From IMG/VR virus record IMGVR_UViG_3300025150_000003, positions 64,001 through 128,000 of that record: 64,000 nt of DNA; one strand, written 5' to 3'. The notes beneath the pieces are model-generated. The model searched no databases, was not told the DNA's origin, and saw only the letters and a program-made list of their open reading frames with translations. Below, piece after piece: positions 45,260 to 58,400 of this stretch (position 1 is the stretch's first letter; each line of letters begins with the position of its first letter). Position numbers and translations under genes: made by a program. Source of the DNA: a virus.

Positions 45260-46162
45260 TCAGCCCATCAGCCCCATACCATCACCGGGCTCATCCTCCA
45301 GCGCGAACCGCAAGAATCCCAGGGTGGGACTGGGCTGGAATCCTGTAGGGAGGCCCGAATCACTCACATCATAGAGCAGGCTGTACATCTCGGCGATCAC
45401 GACCTGAACAAGCCGGTTGGGGTCGAACTTGGCCTCGTCCAGGGTGGGCATGTCCACCAGCAACCCTCCGAAGGCCTCCATCAACGTCTCTTGCCGTTCG
45501 AGACGAAGTTGCTCCCAGCAGTCCGAGAGCTTGATGATCTGCCACTCCTTGTCCTGCAACCTGGACTTGATCTCCTTGTTCGCCCACTTCCGGGTGTCGT
45601 GCAGCACCCGAGTTACCGTGCTGTTGTCCCAGGCACCACGGTCCAGACGCCCACCCATTCGGCCGGGGATGTAGCCTGGATGGTCAATCATCCCACCTCG
45701 ATAGCCCTCATAGCCGGTCATCTTCGGGTAGTTGCTACCTTCCTCAGCCGACTCTGGCAGAGGGTCGTTGTACTGCACCGACTTCGCACCAGGAGCACCA
45801 CCACCAGGATAGGCCTGCTGCACGGCGAGGGAGCCACCCTCCTCGGGTGACATCCCCGTGGTGTCCGGATGCAAGAACCCACAGATGTTGAGCGGGTTTC
45901 CCCCAGTCGCGATGTAGGCCTGCACCAGCCGGCAAAGGCTAGAACCCGCCGTCACCTTGAACCCTGTCCGGCGATAGGTCGCCTTGGTGCTAGACCCCTC
46001 ATCGACCTGAGCGTAGTCAATGGTCACGAACCCAATACGAGTCATCTCCGCTGTCAACGTTGCAATCCGAGCGACCACGTCACGGCGCTCCCGAAGGAGC
46101 CACTGTGTGATGGCCCGGAAGTAACCCACTGAGAACACACTGCTTTTGCTGAACGACGGCAT
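45260..46162 (-). CDS. Hypothetical protein (tail module)
   Basis: 300 aa, GGAGG RBS. Confidence 0.75.
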   Translation of the reverse strand: MPSFSKSSVFSVGYFRAITQWLLRERRDVVARIATLTAEMTRIGFVTIDYAQVDEGSSTKATYRRTGFKVTAGSSLCRLVQAYIATGGNPLNICGFLHPDTTGMSPEEGGSLAVQQAYPGGGAPGAKSVQYNDPLPESAEEGSNYPKMTGYEGYRGGMIDHPGYIPGRMGGRLDRGAWDNSTVTRVLHDTRKWANKEIKSRLQDKEWQIIKLSDCWEQLRLERQETLMEAFGGLLVDMPTLDEAKFDPNRLVQVVIAEMYSLLYDVSDSGLPTGFQPSPTLGFLRFALEDEPGDGMGLMG

Positions 46163-46172
46163 AACCTACCTC

Positions 46173-49100
46173 CTACAGCACATCCGGCTCGTTTGTTGGG
46201 GCTGCACCAGCGGCAGGTTGAACCTGCTCGATGCCAATGGCATCAGGAGCCCGAACCAACGTGGTCATTGCCCCAGGATCCGGCTCCTGCCCACCAGCCA
46301 AATCGATGAGGTCGAAAATGAACGAAGGCCCCACAGGAAAAACCAAAGCGATTCCTCCCCCATAGGCCCTGGGCACGTCCGAGGGCTTGTTCTGCGCAGA
46401 CACCAGGTCAGACACCAGACCATCCGTCCCATCGGAGAGCACCACCAACCCACTGAACTCAGGCAGGGCAAAGCTGAAACTCAGGAGCGACTGGATGAGG
46501 GAGTTGATGCGCCGGATGAGCTGCTGAAGGTCCGTGATGATGCCCTGCAAGAACCCGATGTACTTGACGATGACATCCGCCATTGACCGGGTGGCTTCGG
46601 ACAACGCCAGGACCCAATTCTCCAGGCCGTTGAGGAACCCCTCCAGCTCGGGGAAACTGTCAAACAACCGCAACGCGACCCACTCACCATCCTGTGGGGA
46701 CCTCGTGAACGCCGCCGAAGCAATGTTCAGAGCAATGGCAGCTTGCTGATACAACACCCCCTCTTGGTACTCACGGAAGAGGCCCCTCAAGTAGATGGCG
46801 GCTCCCAGTGAAGAACCCCCCTTCTTGTAGTCAATCAGATCCGTAGCCCCGGAGTAGAACACAGGAGTCATGTCCCCCGAGGTTGAGACTCGACCCTTGG
46901 CCCGCTCGCTCATTTCCTTCAGGTATACCTGCCACGCAGGTGGTATCAGCAGCTTGCCATCCTTGTCCGTGAACTTGTCGTAGATGATCTCCAGAGACCG
47001 AGGAGCAAGTCGCTTTTTCAGTTTCACTACGAGGGGGTTTTCCTGGGAGTAGGTGATCTCCAACCCACCACCGGACCACTCGACATACTCCCCTTCCCGC
47101 AGGCGAAGGACTTGCAACTCTGACAGCCCGGCTGCGGTCAGAGACGGATTGGGGAAAAACAGCTCCTCTGCGGCCTCAGCACTGATTCCCATCGACAGAA
47201 CGTTCGGAGCCAGCCCGAACTCAGCCATCCCGGTGATCTGCTTGTCCGGGTCCAATGCCTGGAACAATGGCAGTCGTGGATTCTGGCCGATGGCCATCAC
47301 AGCCTTCTCATAGTCCCGCTGAATCAACGAATCCTGCACCCCCAGCAGCGTGTGCCAGTCCACCGTCCGCAGAGCCTCGGTGGCCGCGACTACAGCCTTC
47401 TCCGCCCCGGGCATCGGACCGGTCCTCTCGTAGATGTCGAGAGCCATTTGCTGGATTTGGCTGTACAGGTCAGCTCGCCACTTCTGAGGCGACTGGCTGG
47501 GTCTCTCCAGTACGGTCAGATCGGGGAACATCGTGCGGAGCAATGCTCGGGAGTCTTCCAGACCCGTAGCCTGGAGAGCAAATTGGCTCCCAGCCCACTT
47601 ACCGTCCTTGTACCCCTGGGCCACCAACTCGGATTTTTGGCCCAACTCATCCAGCAGCGGCAAGTCCGACCGACTCAGGACCAGAAGAAGCAGTGCCGTC
47701 TGCAAAGCTACCAGATAGTCCTGGGTGTTGGCATTGGCGAACGTGATCTTCCGAGGGGCCGAGGGCATTCCTACAGCGGCCTCCCCCGACTTCATGCCGA
47801 CGACAAAGGGCTCACCCGAGGTAGCTGCCTGATTCTTCACGGCGGTAGCCGTGAACTCCCACTGAGGCAGCTTCTTGCCCGTGGCGATCTCTTTGCCTAC
47901 AGCCCAGACCCGGACGTAGTAGTTCACCGCTGGACTCTCGACCAGCCCGGCTACAGGAAGGATCTCCCCATTTACCCGCTCGAACCGAGAGTCATAGGGC
48001 ATGTCCTCCAGAGCCAGCACTGCGCCATATTCCCCGGCGAACCACTGGGCCAGAGCTACGTCGGACTCGATCAGGAACGTCCGCTGGAAACGGAAGAAAT
48101 GCCCCTTGCCATCACCAGGCACCCCTAGCGCCGAAGGAACTGCGGCCCCATCTCGGAGCAGCAGCTCCAAAGGAACCACCTCATTCGAGGCAGGATCCAG
48201 CATTCCGTAAACCTGGCAGGCACTATCTTTCGCGACCTGGGTCTCCGGGTCGATGTTCTTGTTGTACTCCAGACCGGAGCCGTTGAAAGAAAGCATCTCC
48301 GCGCCGCCATGCAGCACGATGGACTGGTGATCCATCCCCAGGACGGAACCGTACTCCCGGGGCTGAACCTTCTTGTTGGCGTCACCATCCGCCGGCTTCT
48401 TGTCCGTGTTCTGCTTGGGTCGGCCGTACTTCAGTGCAAGGCCCTGCTCCAAAGTTGAAACGGTCACAAGGTAGCCAGACGGGCCGAGGATGGGCAACGG
48501 GTTGAAAGGGCTCTTCTGCGAGGCCGGTTGAGTCGTCCAGGTGACTCGGCACTGACTCGGGGGTGTACCTCCTCCTGCCTTCAAGGAAGCACTGAGACCC
48601 TGGAACTGAAACGCTGCAGGCACTGCCGCTATGGCCTGGGTCCCATACAAGGTGTCCTTGATGGTCGGGATAGGCATCCGGCTCGTGTCCGGGAAGAAGC
48701 TCACCCCGAGCATCTTGAGGAAAGTGATGATGAAGTTGATCAACCTCTCGAAGTCCGAAGGGTCCACCGACAGGTAGCAGAAGAATCCCGCAACCTTCGT
48801 CTGTCCGGACACGTCTGGCCTGGTCGGATCCGTGCGGTCCGTGAGACGAGCGATCATCCTCCGCTCGTAGGCAAGATAGCCGCCCCGAAGATCCTCTGGA
48901 GGCCATCCCAACAGTGCCCAATCCCCCGTGAGATAGAGCCCCACTTGTCTCAGGTCCCTGAGGATGGCACTGACTTCCGCGACGATGACCTCGATGAGGC
49001 TGGATAGCGGGTCGATGTACCCCTTGATGAACGCCTTGGCGAACTCCAAGGCGAGGTTGGCCACCTCCAACAGGGCGACCAGCACCTCGGCGAAGTTGTT

Positions 49101-49181
49101 GACGGCATCCCGAATCCCCTCAAGGTAGTCAGGGATTGCGAAGGTGGCGGTGCCCCACTGGCCTCGGACCTTGTCGGGCAT
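46173..49181 (-). CDS. Large hypothetical virion protein with amphipathic helical N- and C-terminal regions
   Basis: 1002 aa, TGATG-coupled. Confidence 0.75.
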   Translation of the reverse strand: MPDKVRGQWGTATFAIPDYLEGIRDAVNNFAEVLVALLEVANLALEFAKAFIKGYIDPLSSLIEVIVAEVSAILRDLRQVGLYLTGDWALLGWPPEDLRGGYLAYERRMIARLTDRTDPTRPDVSGQTKVAGFFCYLSVDPSDFERLINFIITFLKMLGVSFFPDTSRMPIPTIKDTLYGTQAIAAVPAAFQFQGLSASLKAGGGTPPSQCRVTWTTQPASQKSPFNPLPILGPSGYLVTVSTLEQGLALKYGRPKQNTDKKPADGDANKKVQPREYGSVLGMDHQSIVLHGGAEMLSFNGSGLEYNKNIDPETQVAKDSACQVYGMLDPASNEVVPLELLLRDGAAVPSALGVPGDGKGHFFRFQRTFLIESDVALAQWFAGEYGAVLALEDMPYDSRFERVNGEILPVAGLVESPAVNYYVRVWAVGKEIATGKKLPQWEFTATAVKNQAATSGEPFVVGMKSGEAAVGMPSAPRKITFANANTQDYLVALQTALLLLVLSRSDLPLLDELGQKSELVAQGYKDGKWAGSQFALQATGLEDSRALLRTMFPDLTVLERPSQSPQKWRADLYSQIQQMALDIYERTGPMPGAEKAVVAATEALRTVDWHTLLGVQDSLIQRDYEKAVMAIGQNPRLPLFQALDPDKQITGMAEFGLAPNVLSMGISAEAAEELFFPNPSLTAAGLSELQVLRLREGEYVEWSGGGLEITYSQENPLVVKLKKRLAPRSLEIIYDKFTDKDGKLLIPPAWQVYLKEMSERAKGRVSTSGDMTPVFYSGATDLIDYKKGGSSLGAAIYLRGLFREYQEGVLYQQAAIALNIASAAFTRSPQDGEWVALRLFDSFPELEGFLNGLENWVLALSEATRSMADVIVKYIGFLQGIITDLQQLIRRINSLIQSLLSFSFALPEFSGLVVLSDGTDGLVSDLVSAQNKPSDVPRAYGGGIALVFPVGPSFIFDLIDLAGGQEPDPGAMTTLVRAPDAIGIEQVQPAAGAAPTNEPDVL

Positions 49182-49423
49182 CAGCTACCCCCACCGAACC
49201 GAAGCCGGATGATCTTCTCCTCCAGCACCCGGACCTCCGCCTCCTTTTCCTGCACCGCCACCTCAAGCAAGGCGTTGAGCTTCCCAAGGTTGCCTGCCAG
49301 CCGCAGCGCAAACCCAGGAGTCTTCGGGCCGTGGCCCCCCAGCTCTCCCCACTGCCCGAGATCAATGCCCGCAGCCTTCAGCCGCTCCTGCACATCCGCC
49401 AGCTCGTCAGCTTGGTTGCTCAC
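49181..49423 (-). CDS. Small coiled-coil protein
   Basis: 80 aa, overlapping both neighbours, with heptad pattern LNALLEVAVQEKEAEVRVLEEKI. Confidence 0.75.
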   Translation of the reverse strand: MSNQADELADVQERLKAAGIDLGQWGELGGHGPKTPGFALRLAGNLGKLNALLEVAVQEKEAEVRVLEEKIIRLRFGGGS

Positions 49424-52400
49424 CCTGTCACCCCTTCGGCGGTCTGCTCCAGAAGCAGTGTTCTCTGGCGGTCTTCCAGCCTGGCCGGGAGAGCCTCATC
49501 AAAGGCCTGCACACGGGCCAGGGTTCCAATGTACCGGTGTGTCCGGTAAGCCAACCAGGTGTACCGGATAGCCCGAAGGCGATCACGGACATCGAGGATG
49601 AGCCCCAGCTCATCAGGAAGAACGGGGCGAACCTCTGAACCTCCTGTTACCTGGTCCGTATAGGCCGTGTAGGGACCACCCACATCAGGGAACGACGGAT
49701 CCAAAGCCGTGAACTCCGTCATCCCAAAGGGATTGGTGGCATCCGGCTTCAACGTGTCCAACCGTCGGTCAAGAATCCAGAACCGTCGGTCCAGCAACGA
49801 AAGACAGTCGCTGGTGTTGATGAAGGGCGAGTAGTCGGCCTCTCCCACCAACGTCGTGACCAACCGGTTGGGGAACAACCCACTGCCCGAGTCAGGGTCA
49901 AAAGGAGCCCCCAGGTCCAGAACGTGCTCTTGGTCCTGCCAGTCCCAGTAGTAGCCGCCCTTGGTCCCCTTCATCACCGACCGGAACATCTCGATGAGCG
50001 AGAGCATCCGCTCCCGCATCATCAGCACGGCGTCCACGATCTCTGCACTGAACATCGCGTTCGGACGGATGATGCGGTAGCTGAACGGCCGCAGCGAGTG
50101 CTTGTCGAGAACCGTATCCAGAGAATCGGTGTACGACCAAACGCCTGGGCTGATCTCGGTGGCCTTGCGTGTAGGCCGCAAGTCGTTCTGACCCTCCCCA
50201 GTGTTCGGGGCAGGGTCAGACAGCTCTGAGAGACCCACCGTCGGATAGATGGCGTACATCAGGTCCGTCTGTGTGGTGGCCATCAGCACGTCAGCACCCA
50301 AGGTGCCTGCAAAACTGTGCACGGGGTCCAGTGTGAGGTTCGTAGCCTCCACAGACTGCACCCGATAGAAGCCCCGGTTGTCGTCCAGGCTCGACACCTG
50401 ACCCACGACATGGGGGCTCGGGTTGACCCCTGCTGTACGACCTGGAACGCTGGTATCCCCGAACGGACGGCTGCCCCGCTCGTCCACCACAGGAATCAGG
50501 CCCATCGGGTCAATGATAACGATGTCCCCCGCACGGACCCCCAAAGCTACGAAGTCCGGGGGTGATGCTGAGTCATCGTAGAGCAGGTTGGCGATGCTCG
50601 TCCAATCCCCAGGTGCTGCCACCTCGGGCACGTAGCCGCCTACCCAGTTGCTTGGATCAACGTCGCTCTGGTCTGCTACCGTCTCGTGAATGACCTGGTC
50701 GGTGATGAGATCCAGGAGCTGCTCATTGCTCTGCTCGTGAGGAACAGGGGCCTGACGCAACCAGACCTCGAAGCGACGACCAATCACACTGGCCTGAGTC
50801 AGCGTGGCGAACCCCGGAGCCCGGAGTTTCAGCACAGCATCAGAGACGACCTCGGAAACGACAGCTTCTTCCAGCACCACTCCAGCATCATCGAGCAGGC
50901 GGAGGATGTCTCCCGGGTGGATGTTCACGTCCTCGGAAGTGAAAGGTCCCAGGTTCGTACCCTGGTACAGCACCCCATCGTTGTCGCTCCACACGTCAGG
51001 AACACGGGGGAAAGGTGTCCCGACGTTCCAGTTCATCTCGAAGTTCAGAGCCGTCAGGGTCCCCACCTGTTGTTCGTTCCGACTGAAATCGGTGACGACA
51101 CCTCGACGAATCTCGTAGGCGTACTGCAAAGGATGAAACGCATCGTTGACGCCGTTCTGCTGGCCGTGCCACCGCCGGCACCGCCGAACCTCGAAATGCA
51201 CATCCTCGGCTGCTGTGGGGTTACGCATCCCAATCGTCCCTGCCGTCAGGGACCGGGAAGCATCCACCACCTTGGGGTCGCTCGCTGGATCCAGGTTGAG
51301 TGTGACCCTCGGCGTCGAGGGCTCTACGAACACCCCGCCTTTGGCCCAGAAGTCCGTGACAGCCAAAGAACCTGGCAGCAGACACGCCACCCCGGCACCA
51401 CCACTGAGGGTGTTGGGGTCGTTGAGCGTTGTGGCCTGGATATTGTCCAGATTGAGGCTGAGCAGGTAGGGCACATCCTCGTAGACAATCTCCTCCCCCG
51501 TCGGGTCAAAGACCTCACTGCCATACACCGGGCTTTTAGCCACCGCTGCCTCACCAGCAGCGGGAGCCAACCCTCTCACGATCTCCAAGGCACCAAACGT
51601 GAGGGCCACGGAACCATAGCGGCTGAACGTGAGGGTATTGACCCCATAGGCAGCCCCCGCGTTGTAGCCCACCACCGAGGAGTCATCAGGGAGACTGTTC
51701 CCACGGATCTGGATGGGGATCTGCTGGATTCCAGTCCCACCGCCCGAGTTGTCGTGCCACCCAATTTGAAGGCCAACCAGATCGGCCACCAAATCAACAA
51801 CTGGATCTACCACAGCAGAATCGTCGGCCCACTTGAAAGAGCCTCCCACCAAGCTCAGGCCAGAGACATCCTTCGCGGTGTACTCCACGCTGAACAAGGC
51901 AGCCTTGTATTCGGCTGCAACTGTGGTGTTGAGGTCCCCCAACTGGACATAGACCTTACCTGATGCGGGCAAGATCGTGGTGCTATCAAGTTCCAGGCGC
52001 AAGACAAATGGATCAAAATCGAAAGAAACCACCCGAGGGAACAGAGACGTGATGAACCCCCCACCACTCTTCAATGTAGCCCCAGCCACAGGCTTGTAGA
52101 GGTTGGGTCCTACAGTGGGCTCCACGGCATACCGGACGATGTACGTCCCTGCCTTCTCCGTTGCGGAGGACGGCAGGGCACTACCTGAACGGTCAATGTA
52201 GACCAGGTCCCCCTTCACCACCCGACCGACATCACCGCTCAAAGCAACGGGCACGACCGTGTGGATCTGGTTTCCCTCCGCGATGCCATTCCCCACCAGG
52301 ATGGGTACACCATCCGTGTCCAGTGACTGAGACGCCACCAGAGCTGCCGTGATGTTGGAACCCGTGATGGGTGTGTTCAGGAACTCGAAGGCCATCACAC

Positions 52401-55400
52401 GAAGGGAGCCTTCCTCAGCCGGGGACGGGGCAGGATTCCAGGTGCCCTCCAGGTTGGTGAGAGAACCCTCCCGACTCACGAACTCCAAGGGACCGGCTGC
52501 CACATCGTTGGCTGTGGAGTACGCCCCGAGCCCCAACCAGACCTGCTTGACCCGGAGCTGCGTCTGGTAGACGTGGGTTGCTCCCACTCCATTGTCGTGC
52601 TCGAACCCACGAGGACGTGCCCCCGTGAAGTCGATGACCTCGTGGAACGTGAGACGATCCGAGTCGATGTAGGCCGAGTCGCTGAACCCTGGCGTGCTGG
52701 TATCCACATCCAGAGAAAACTCCCAACCGTACCTGCTGATCTTCCGGTCATTCGGGCCAGCGGGATCCAGGTGGTCGTGAGGCAGGAACCATTGAACCTC
52801 CGTCCCCACAGTGGGCGTGAACGGAATCTGGCCCGACCAACCAGTCAGAATGATGTGGCGGTTCTCGGCTACAGTTGCAGGAGCGGGCTCCCCACCCACC
52901 GCGTCGAACCCACCAAAGGTCACACCCGCATGAACAACCCAACCGGTGTCATTGCCCTGATAATCCGTGACCCGTGCGAATCCAGACCGAATCCAGATGG
53001 TGAGGAAAACCCGGCCGTCCTTCATGTCCGCGACGGAAACCGCTCCGGCGGGACCGTTCAACACGGTGTCGTCGGGACGGGAGATCAAGTTGACCTTGAC
53101 GATGTTGTCGGCCGAGGCCGCTAGGATGGTGTTGAGGTTGCCCGTGTTGATGGCATTCCCGTCGTTCAGACCAAGACCAAGACCGATAGCCATATCTTGG
53201 AACGAGATGACCGTGGTGGCCCCCGCGATGTCGTCGAACAACCGCACCCCCAGAGGATTGGTAACCTGGGGGTTCACCGGGTAGTTACCCGGCGTCGTAT
53301 GGACGTAATAGTTGTCGAGAACGTACTGCACCGGTGAGCCCTGACTCACCTGAGTCGCGAACCGTGGAGGCTCGATCCAGGACCAGTCGTCTCCGCCCAC
53401 GTTCGCATTGGTCAACCGACCCACCGAAAGGATCCCCTGCCATCCCAGAGGAGCACCCGGGTCTACCTGCACCAGCAGTAGATCCCCTTCCTGCCCCGGA
53501 GCAACGCCATAGGTCGCCGCCGGATCCGTCTTGGTCTGGGTCATCAGGGTCGCAGGCTCCTGATAGAATCCCCCGAGTGCAACAGCCGCAGCCAGAACCT
53601 CACCATCAGTGAATAGGATCTCGTCCGGGTAATAGCCGCCAGCAACAGGATCCGCTGCCATCAGTGGACCCAGGACGTTGGTGATTTCGTCAAACCGGTC
53701 CAACTCAGTGTTCGTCCCGTCCATGTACGGGATCTGAAGGTCCCCAGCATCATCGAAAGGCTGCCCGAGCAACGCCGGGGTATTGAGCGGGAGCTGGTCG
53801 ATGTTGGCGAAGTCCACCGAGCCTTCCAGATGGCTCATCGGAATAGGAGACTTCTGGCCCGTGATCTCCTTGATGGGGAACAGGAAAGGATCCGCCCAGG
53901 AAGGCAAAGATAGGTCGATGACCCGACCGCTCGTGTCCACGGTGATGTCCACCCCCTGCCGGAGTGTGGGCATCATCAAGGCTGCCTGCTGCATCACCTC
54001 CATCGTCGGGGACTGTGTTGTCGGATCCGAGATGGGGTTCGCGGCGTCAGGAGGCAGGACGTAGATGGTGTCGGCCCGCTCGATGGGGAACAGATGTGCT
54101 GGTGTACCAGTGTTCGCCGTAGTCCCTACCAACAGGTCGTTGGGGTTGGTGATGGCAACACCGAGCCGATTCTTGAACGTCAGTACACACCCGTGCAGCA
54201 CCTCATCCACGAGCACACTGGTGTAGAGTTTGAGCCCGAAAAGGCTGTACTCCTCAGGGAACAACGCCGCGAGGAACTGACCATCCGGCTTGCCCCAGCC
54301 GATCTTCTGACCGGACTCGAATCCGGGCAGGGCCATCTGAGGGTCACCAGCCTCAGCATCCGGGATGTCCCCAGCAACGTCCTGGGACATGAAACGACTC
54401 ACATCCGGGTATCCCGTTGCGGGGTCCGCCGGAAGCTCCGACAGGGGCACCATCGAAACGACACAGCAGGGTTGTGTGACCGCCGGGGAACCTGAGAACA
54501 GGGCATCAGCAAGAAGTCCGTCCGGGTAGTAGCCGAAGACCCGAGTGCGGGGAAGACGTAGCCGGATGAGACTCTCGGAGACGTTCGTGATGTCGCCGAG
54601 GACCGGGTTAGCCACCTGGCCGATCTGAGTCCCGTATGTGCTCTCCTTCTCTCCAGTCTCAGGGTTGATGGTGCCCCACGAGTAAACACCCACGTCCCCA
54701 ACCGTCAGGTCAGCCCCGATGCCCGGCAACAGGGTGAACAGCACCCGAGCGGACGTGGGGAACAACCTGGAGTACCTGTGAGCCCCACCCATCCGGTCAA
54801 ACACCCCCTTCGACTCCAAGGTGAAGTAGGGAGTGGAGTTGGTTGGGATGAGCTTCGGCTTGGAAGCTCCCAACAGCAGGATGTCATCCACGTCGTTACG
54901 GACCAACAACTTCTGGTGGTCCATCATCTTGCGGAGACGTGACACCCCGAGAGGAGCCCCAGCCAATCGGAAATCGGAGATGGTGGCCACCTCTGGTTTC
55001 ACCAAGGGGTCCGCCTCAAGGAACGTGATGTCCCGCGTGGGATCACCCTCGTTGAAGACCAGGTCCCAGACGTTCGAGGGGTTCAGCAGGCCCGTGATGG
55101 CATCTTCATAGCCTGGTGGGGTGTAGTCCTGCCCCCGACCAATCCAGAACCTGAACTTCCCATCCCGGTCACCGATGAACTTGCCGTCGATGCACTCCAG
55201 CACCTGCTCGAACGCCACTACGGAGTCGTTGTAGAACCCCAACAGTGCCCTGGCTGCCCGGTCCTTGTCGAGGAGGTCCCGACGTTCCGAGGGGATACCG
55301 AGGTTGCCCTTGTCCCAGTTGTCGTCACCCGCAGGGACCGTCAACCGGGGACCTCCCGAGGACTGGCCCTGCTTCATCTCTCGGACAGCCTGTGTAACGG

Positions 55401-58400
55401 CCTCGCCGAGGTAACTGCGCAGGGGAAGAGCCCGGTAGTAAAGGGAATCGGGACTACTGAACGTGTAGGTCGCGGTGAGAGTCCCACCCAGGTAGCCATT
55501 GCTAGCACTCGGGAGGACATTGTGCTTGTACTTGGCGAACCATCGGGGGAACTGCACCGAACCACCCGAGAAGAAGGGCTCCATCACCCGGATCTTCGTG
55601 TGGGAGAGCAGGAGCTTCTGACCCGATCCGAGCGGAGCCTGCAAAGGCTCTGTCAGGAGCACCACTCCAGTCTCAGGGTCGATCTGGAACTCAGTCCCCT
55701 CGGCCAACGTCCGGCCGGGTTGCTCCACCCCACGGGACACCTCACCGAAGAGAACCAATTCGACACCCTCGGCAGCCACATAGGGACCGATGCCTACAAT
55801 CTGTCGGGTGTCCGGCGGGTACACCGGCCGATAGGAGAGCCGCACCGTCGTGCCCTGAGAGGTCACAGCCACACGGAAAGGGGACGTAAACGTGATCTTC
55901 GTCCTGGTGCCATCCTCGCTCAGCGTCGCCTCGGCGATGGTGAATGGCATCCCGCCAATCTCCATGATGTGGCCAGGCACCGCGAAAGTCGAGAGGTCTC
56001 CGAGGAACGTGATGCTGCTCTGCTTGGCGTTGACGGGCTCGAACGGGAAGGCCGTTGTGGGCACCTCCTGCATGAACCCAGCAGGGGCCGTTGTAGCAAT
56101 GGGGGCAAGACCATCAGGGTCAAGCACCGGCGTGATCGGACTCGATGTCACCAGGGTAAGCACGTCGTTACCAGGCGACCGGGAGCCCACCTCGCTGGAG
56201 GTGGGGGGATAGATGTCCACCCGAGTGGTGTCAGGGTCTGGGAAGTAGGTCAAGGCTGTGAGGTAGAAGCACTCAGCCCCAATGCGGAGCATCTGGCCAA
56301 CCTCGAAGTCCGCGAGGCGGTTCCCTCGAAGCCCGAAGTTGTCCCGGCCCGCTGGGATGTAGAACGGTGGCCGGTAGACCGGGCTCTGAGAAGTCGTGTA
56401 CGCCCTCTCCCCACCCAGAGCATCGAACACCGAGTAGGTCGCCACCGGAGTAGCCCAAGCGGGAAGATCTCGGTTGAAAGTCAGCCGCATCCCCAGCAGG
56501 TTCCCAGGCTGATCCGTGGTGAAGTCCTCCACACCAAAGTTCTGCTGCTTCGGACCAACGAAAACCAAGGGCTCCACACGGGTGTCGATGACGTGCTCAC
56601 CAAGGGGGTCAATCTGGAACTCGTGGTCGGTCAGCCGGGTTGTGGTCTCACGCCGAGCGAACACCGGGAGGAACTCGATGATGGTGTCATCCACCCCACC
56701 GACTCGCCGACCTTCCACTGTGGCCAGCCAGTATTCCATCTCGACCAGGCAGCCCTTGGTCAAGGGCTTGCGGAAGCTCACCGCCCCCACCATCGGGGAC
56801 ACCGACACATCGGATCCAGGCACCATCTGCTCGACGAAGTAAAGCTGCTTCCCCGCATGTGTAACGGCATCCGCTGCCGAAATGCGGACATGGCCCGTCT
56901 TCGGATCATACTCGGCATCCCCTGCCAGCAGATTCGCTGCATCACGCAGCTCTTCCACATAGAGAACATCGCTCGAAGCCAGATCCGTGAGCAGGGTGGA
57001 GTTGAACTTCAGCTCCCCCTTGGGATGTAGGAATCCATCCCCATCCATCCAGTCAGCCGTCAGGTACTCCACCCCCACAGGGTCAACCGTGAACGCCGCC
57101 ACTGCCAGTGGCGAGAACATCTCCGTGCCCACCCAGAGGGAAAAAACTCCCTCGCTCACATGCACTGTGTAAGGCAGAAACAGGGTGTCGTTGGCTACGT
57201 CCCCCATGGATCTGAGCCCGATCGGGTAGAGCGCCGCTGTGACCCCCGTCCCCGAATGCACGGCACCAAACCGCAAACTCACCGAGCGACCACTCGCGTT
57301 GGCGTCCTCGACACCAGCCGTGTAGTCCTGGCCCGCGACTACCCCAATCGGGGACAGGACACGGATCTGGAAAGGCTCATCAGGAAGGTGGTTGAACGGC
57401 TTGTAAACCTGGTCGGCTACGACGGCTGGGTCATAAACACTGTCTGGATAACCCGAGAATGCCTCCCACGGAGTGGCCCGGTCAGGATCCGCGATGAACG
57501 GGGGTGTGACCTCACAGTGGGTGTTGTCCGTCACCGACGTGATGACATAGGAACCCTGTGCAGGACCCGAGGAGAGCTTAATACGGTCCCCGGCCTTGAG
57601 GGTGATGAGGAACAGCCCCTGAGCGTCCGTGAAAGTCGTGCCACCGTTCTGGTAGGACCCCTGCCCGCCAGAAGCTACGGAGGCCCCGTAGCGGGTGGTG
57701 AGCTGAATCGTGCCCGAGAGGCCTTGATCCGGGAGGAGGTAGTCCACCCCCTGCTGCTGGACCACGAACCGTCCCCCATCCTCTGCCGCCAAGAACGCCC
57801 CATTGATGCCTGGAGCGTTCAACAGCGTTGCAGGGACCACACTGGGATTCCCAAGGTTGATGGTCGTGGTGCGCTGTGTCACAGCGTTGGACGACAGAGA
57901 CTCCCCCAACCAGGCGAACTTGCCCTCAGGGAACCGGTGCTCGATCTCCTCGTAGTGACCCAACCGCTTGTCGATGATGCGCAGTTCATCGCCCTGGGAA
58001 GCCACGGTCTGAAGGTTGAAAAACACTCCCTCATCGTAGCCCGCGATGTCCTCCACCGGGGCGAAGTCGAGGAAGGTGAAAGGTGACTGCTGAACGGATT
58101 CCGCGAGGACCACGTCCTCCAAACGGTACTGCGCGATGTAGTCTGCGTCCGGCTTGCTGCGGTCCAGGTTCAACAGGCTGCGAGAGAGCCCCACCGAGAT
58201 GCCAGCATCGGACAACCAGTTGGGCTTGCCAGCCTCCGCCACCCAACCCGGCAAGAATCCCAGAGCTGCGGTGCCCGTCAGGTCCTTGGGGTCACCCCAA
58301 CCGATCTCCACCAGGCCACTGTCGGGGTCCACCGCTTCCAGTACCACCCGGTCCCCGGAGGCCCGGCAAATGCCCGTACCAGCCTGGGCCACGATACGAG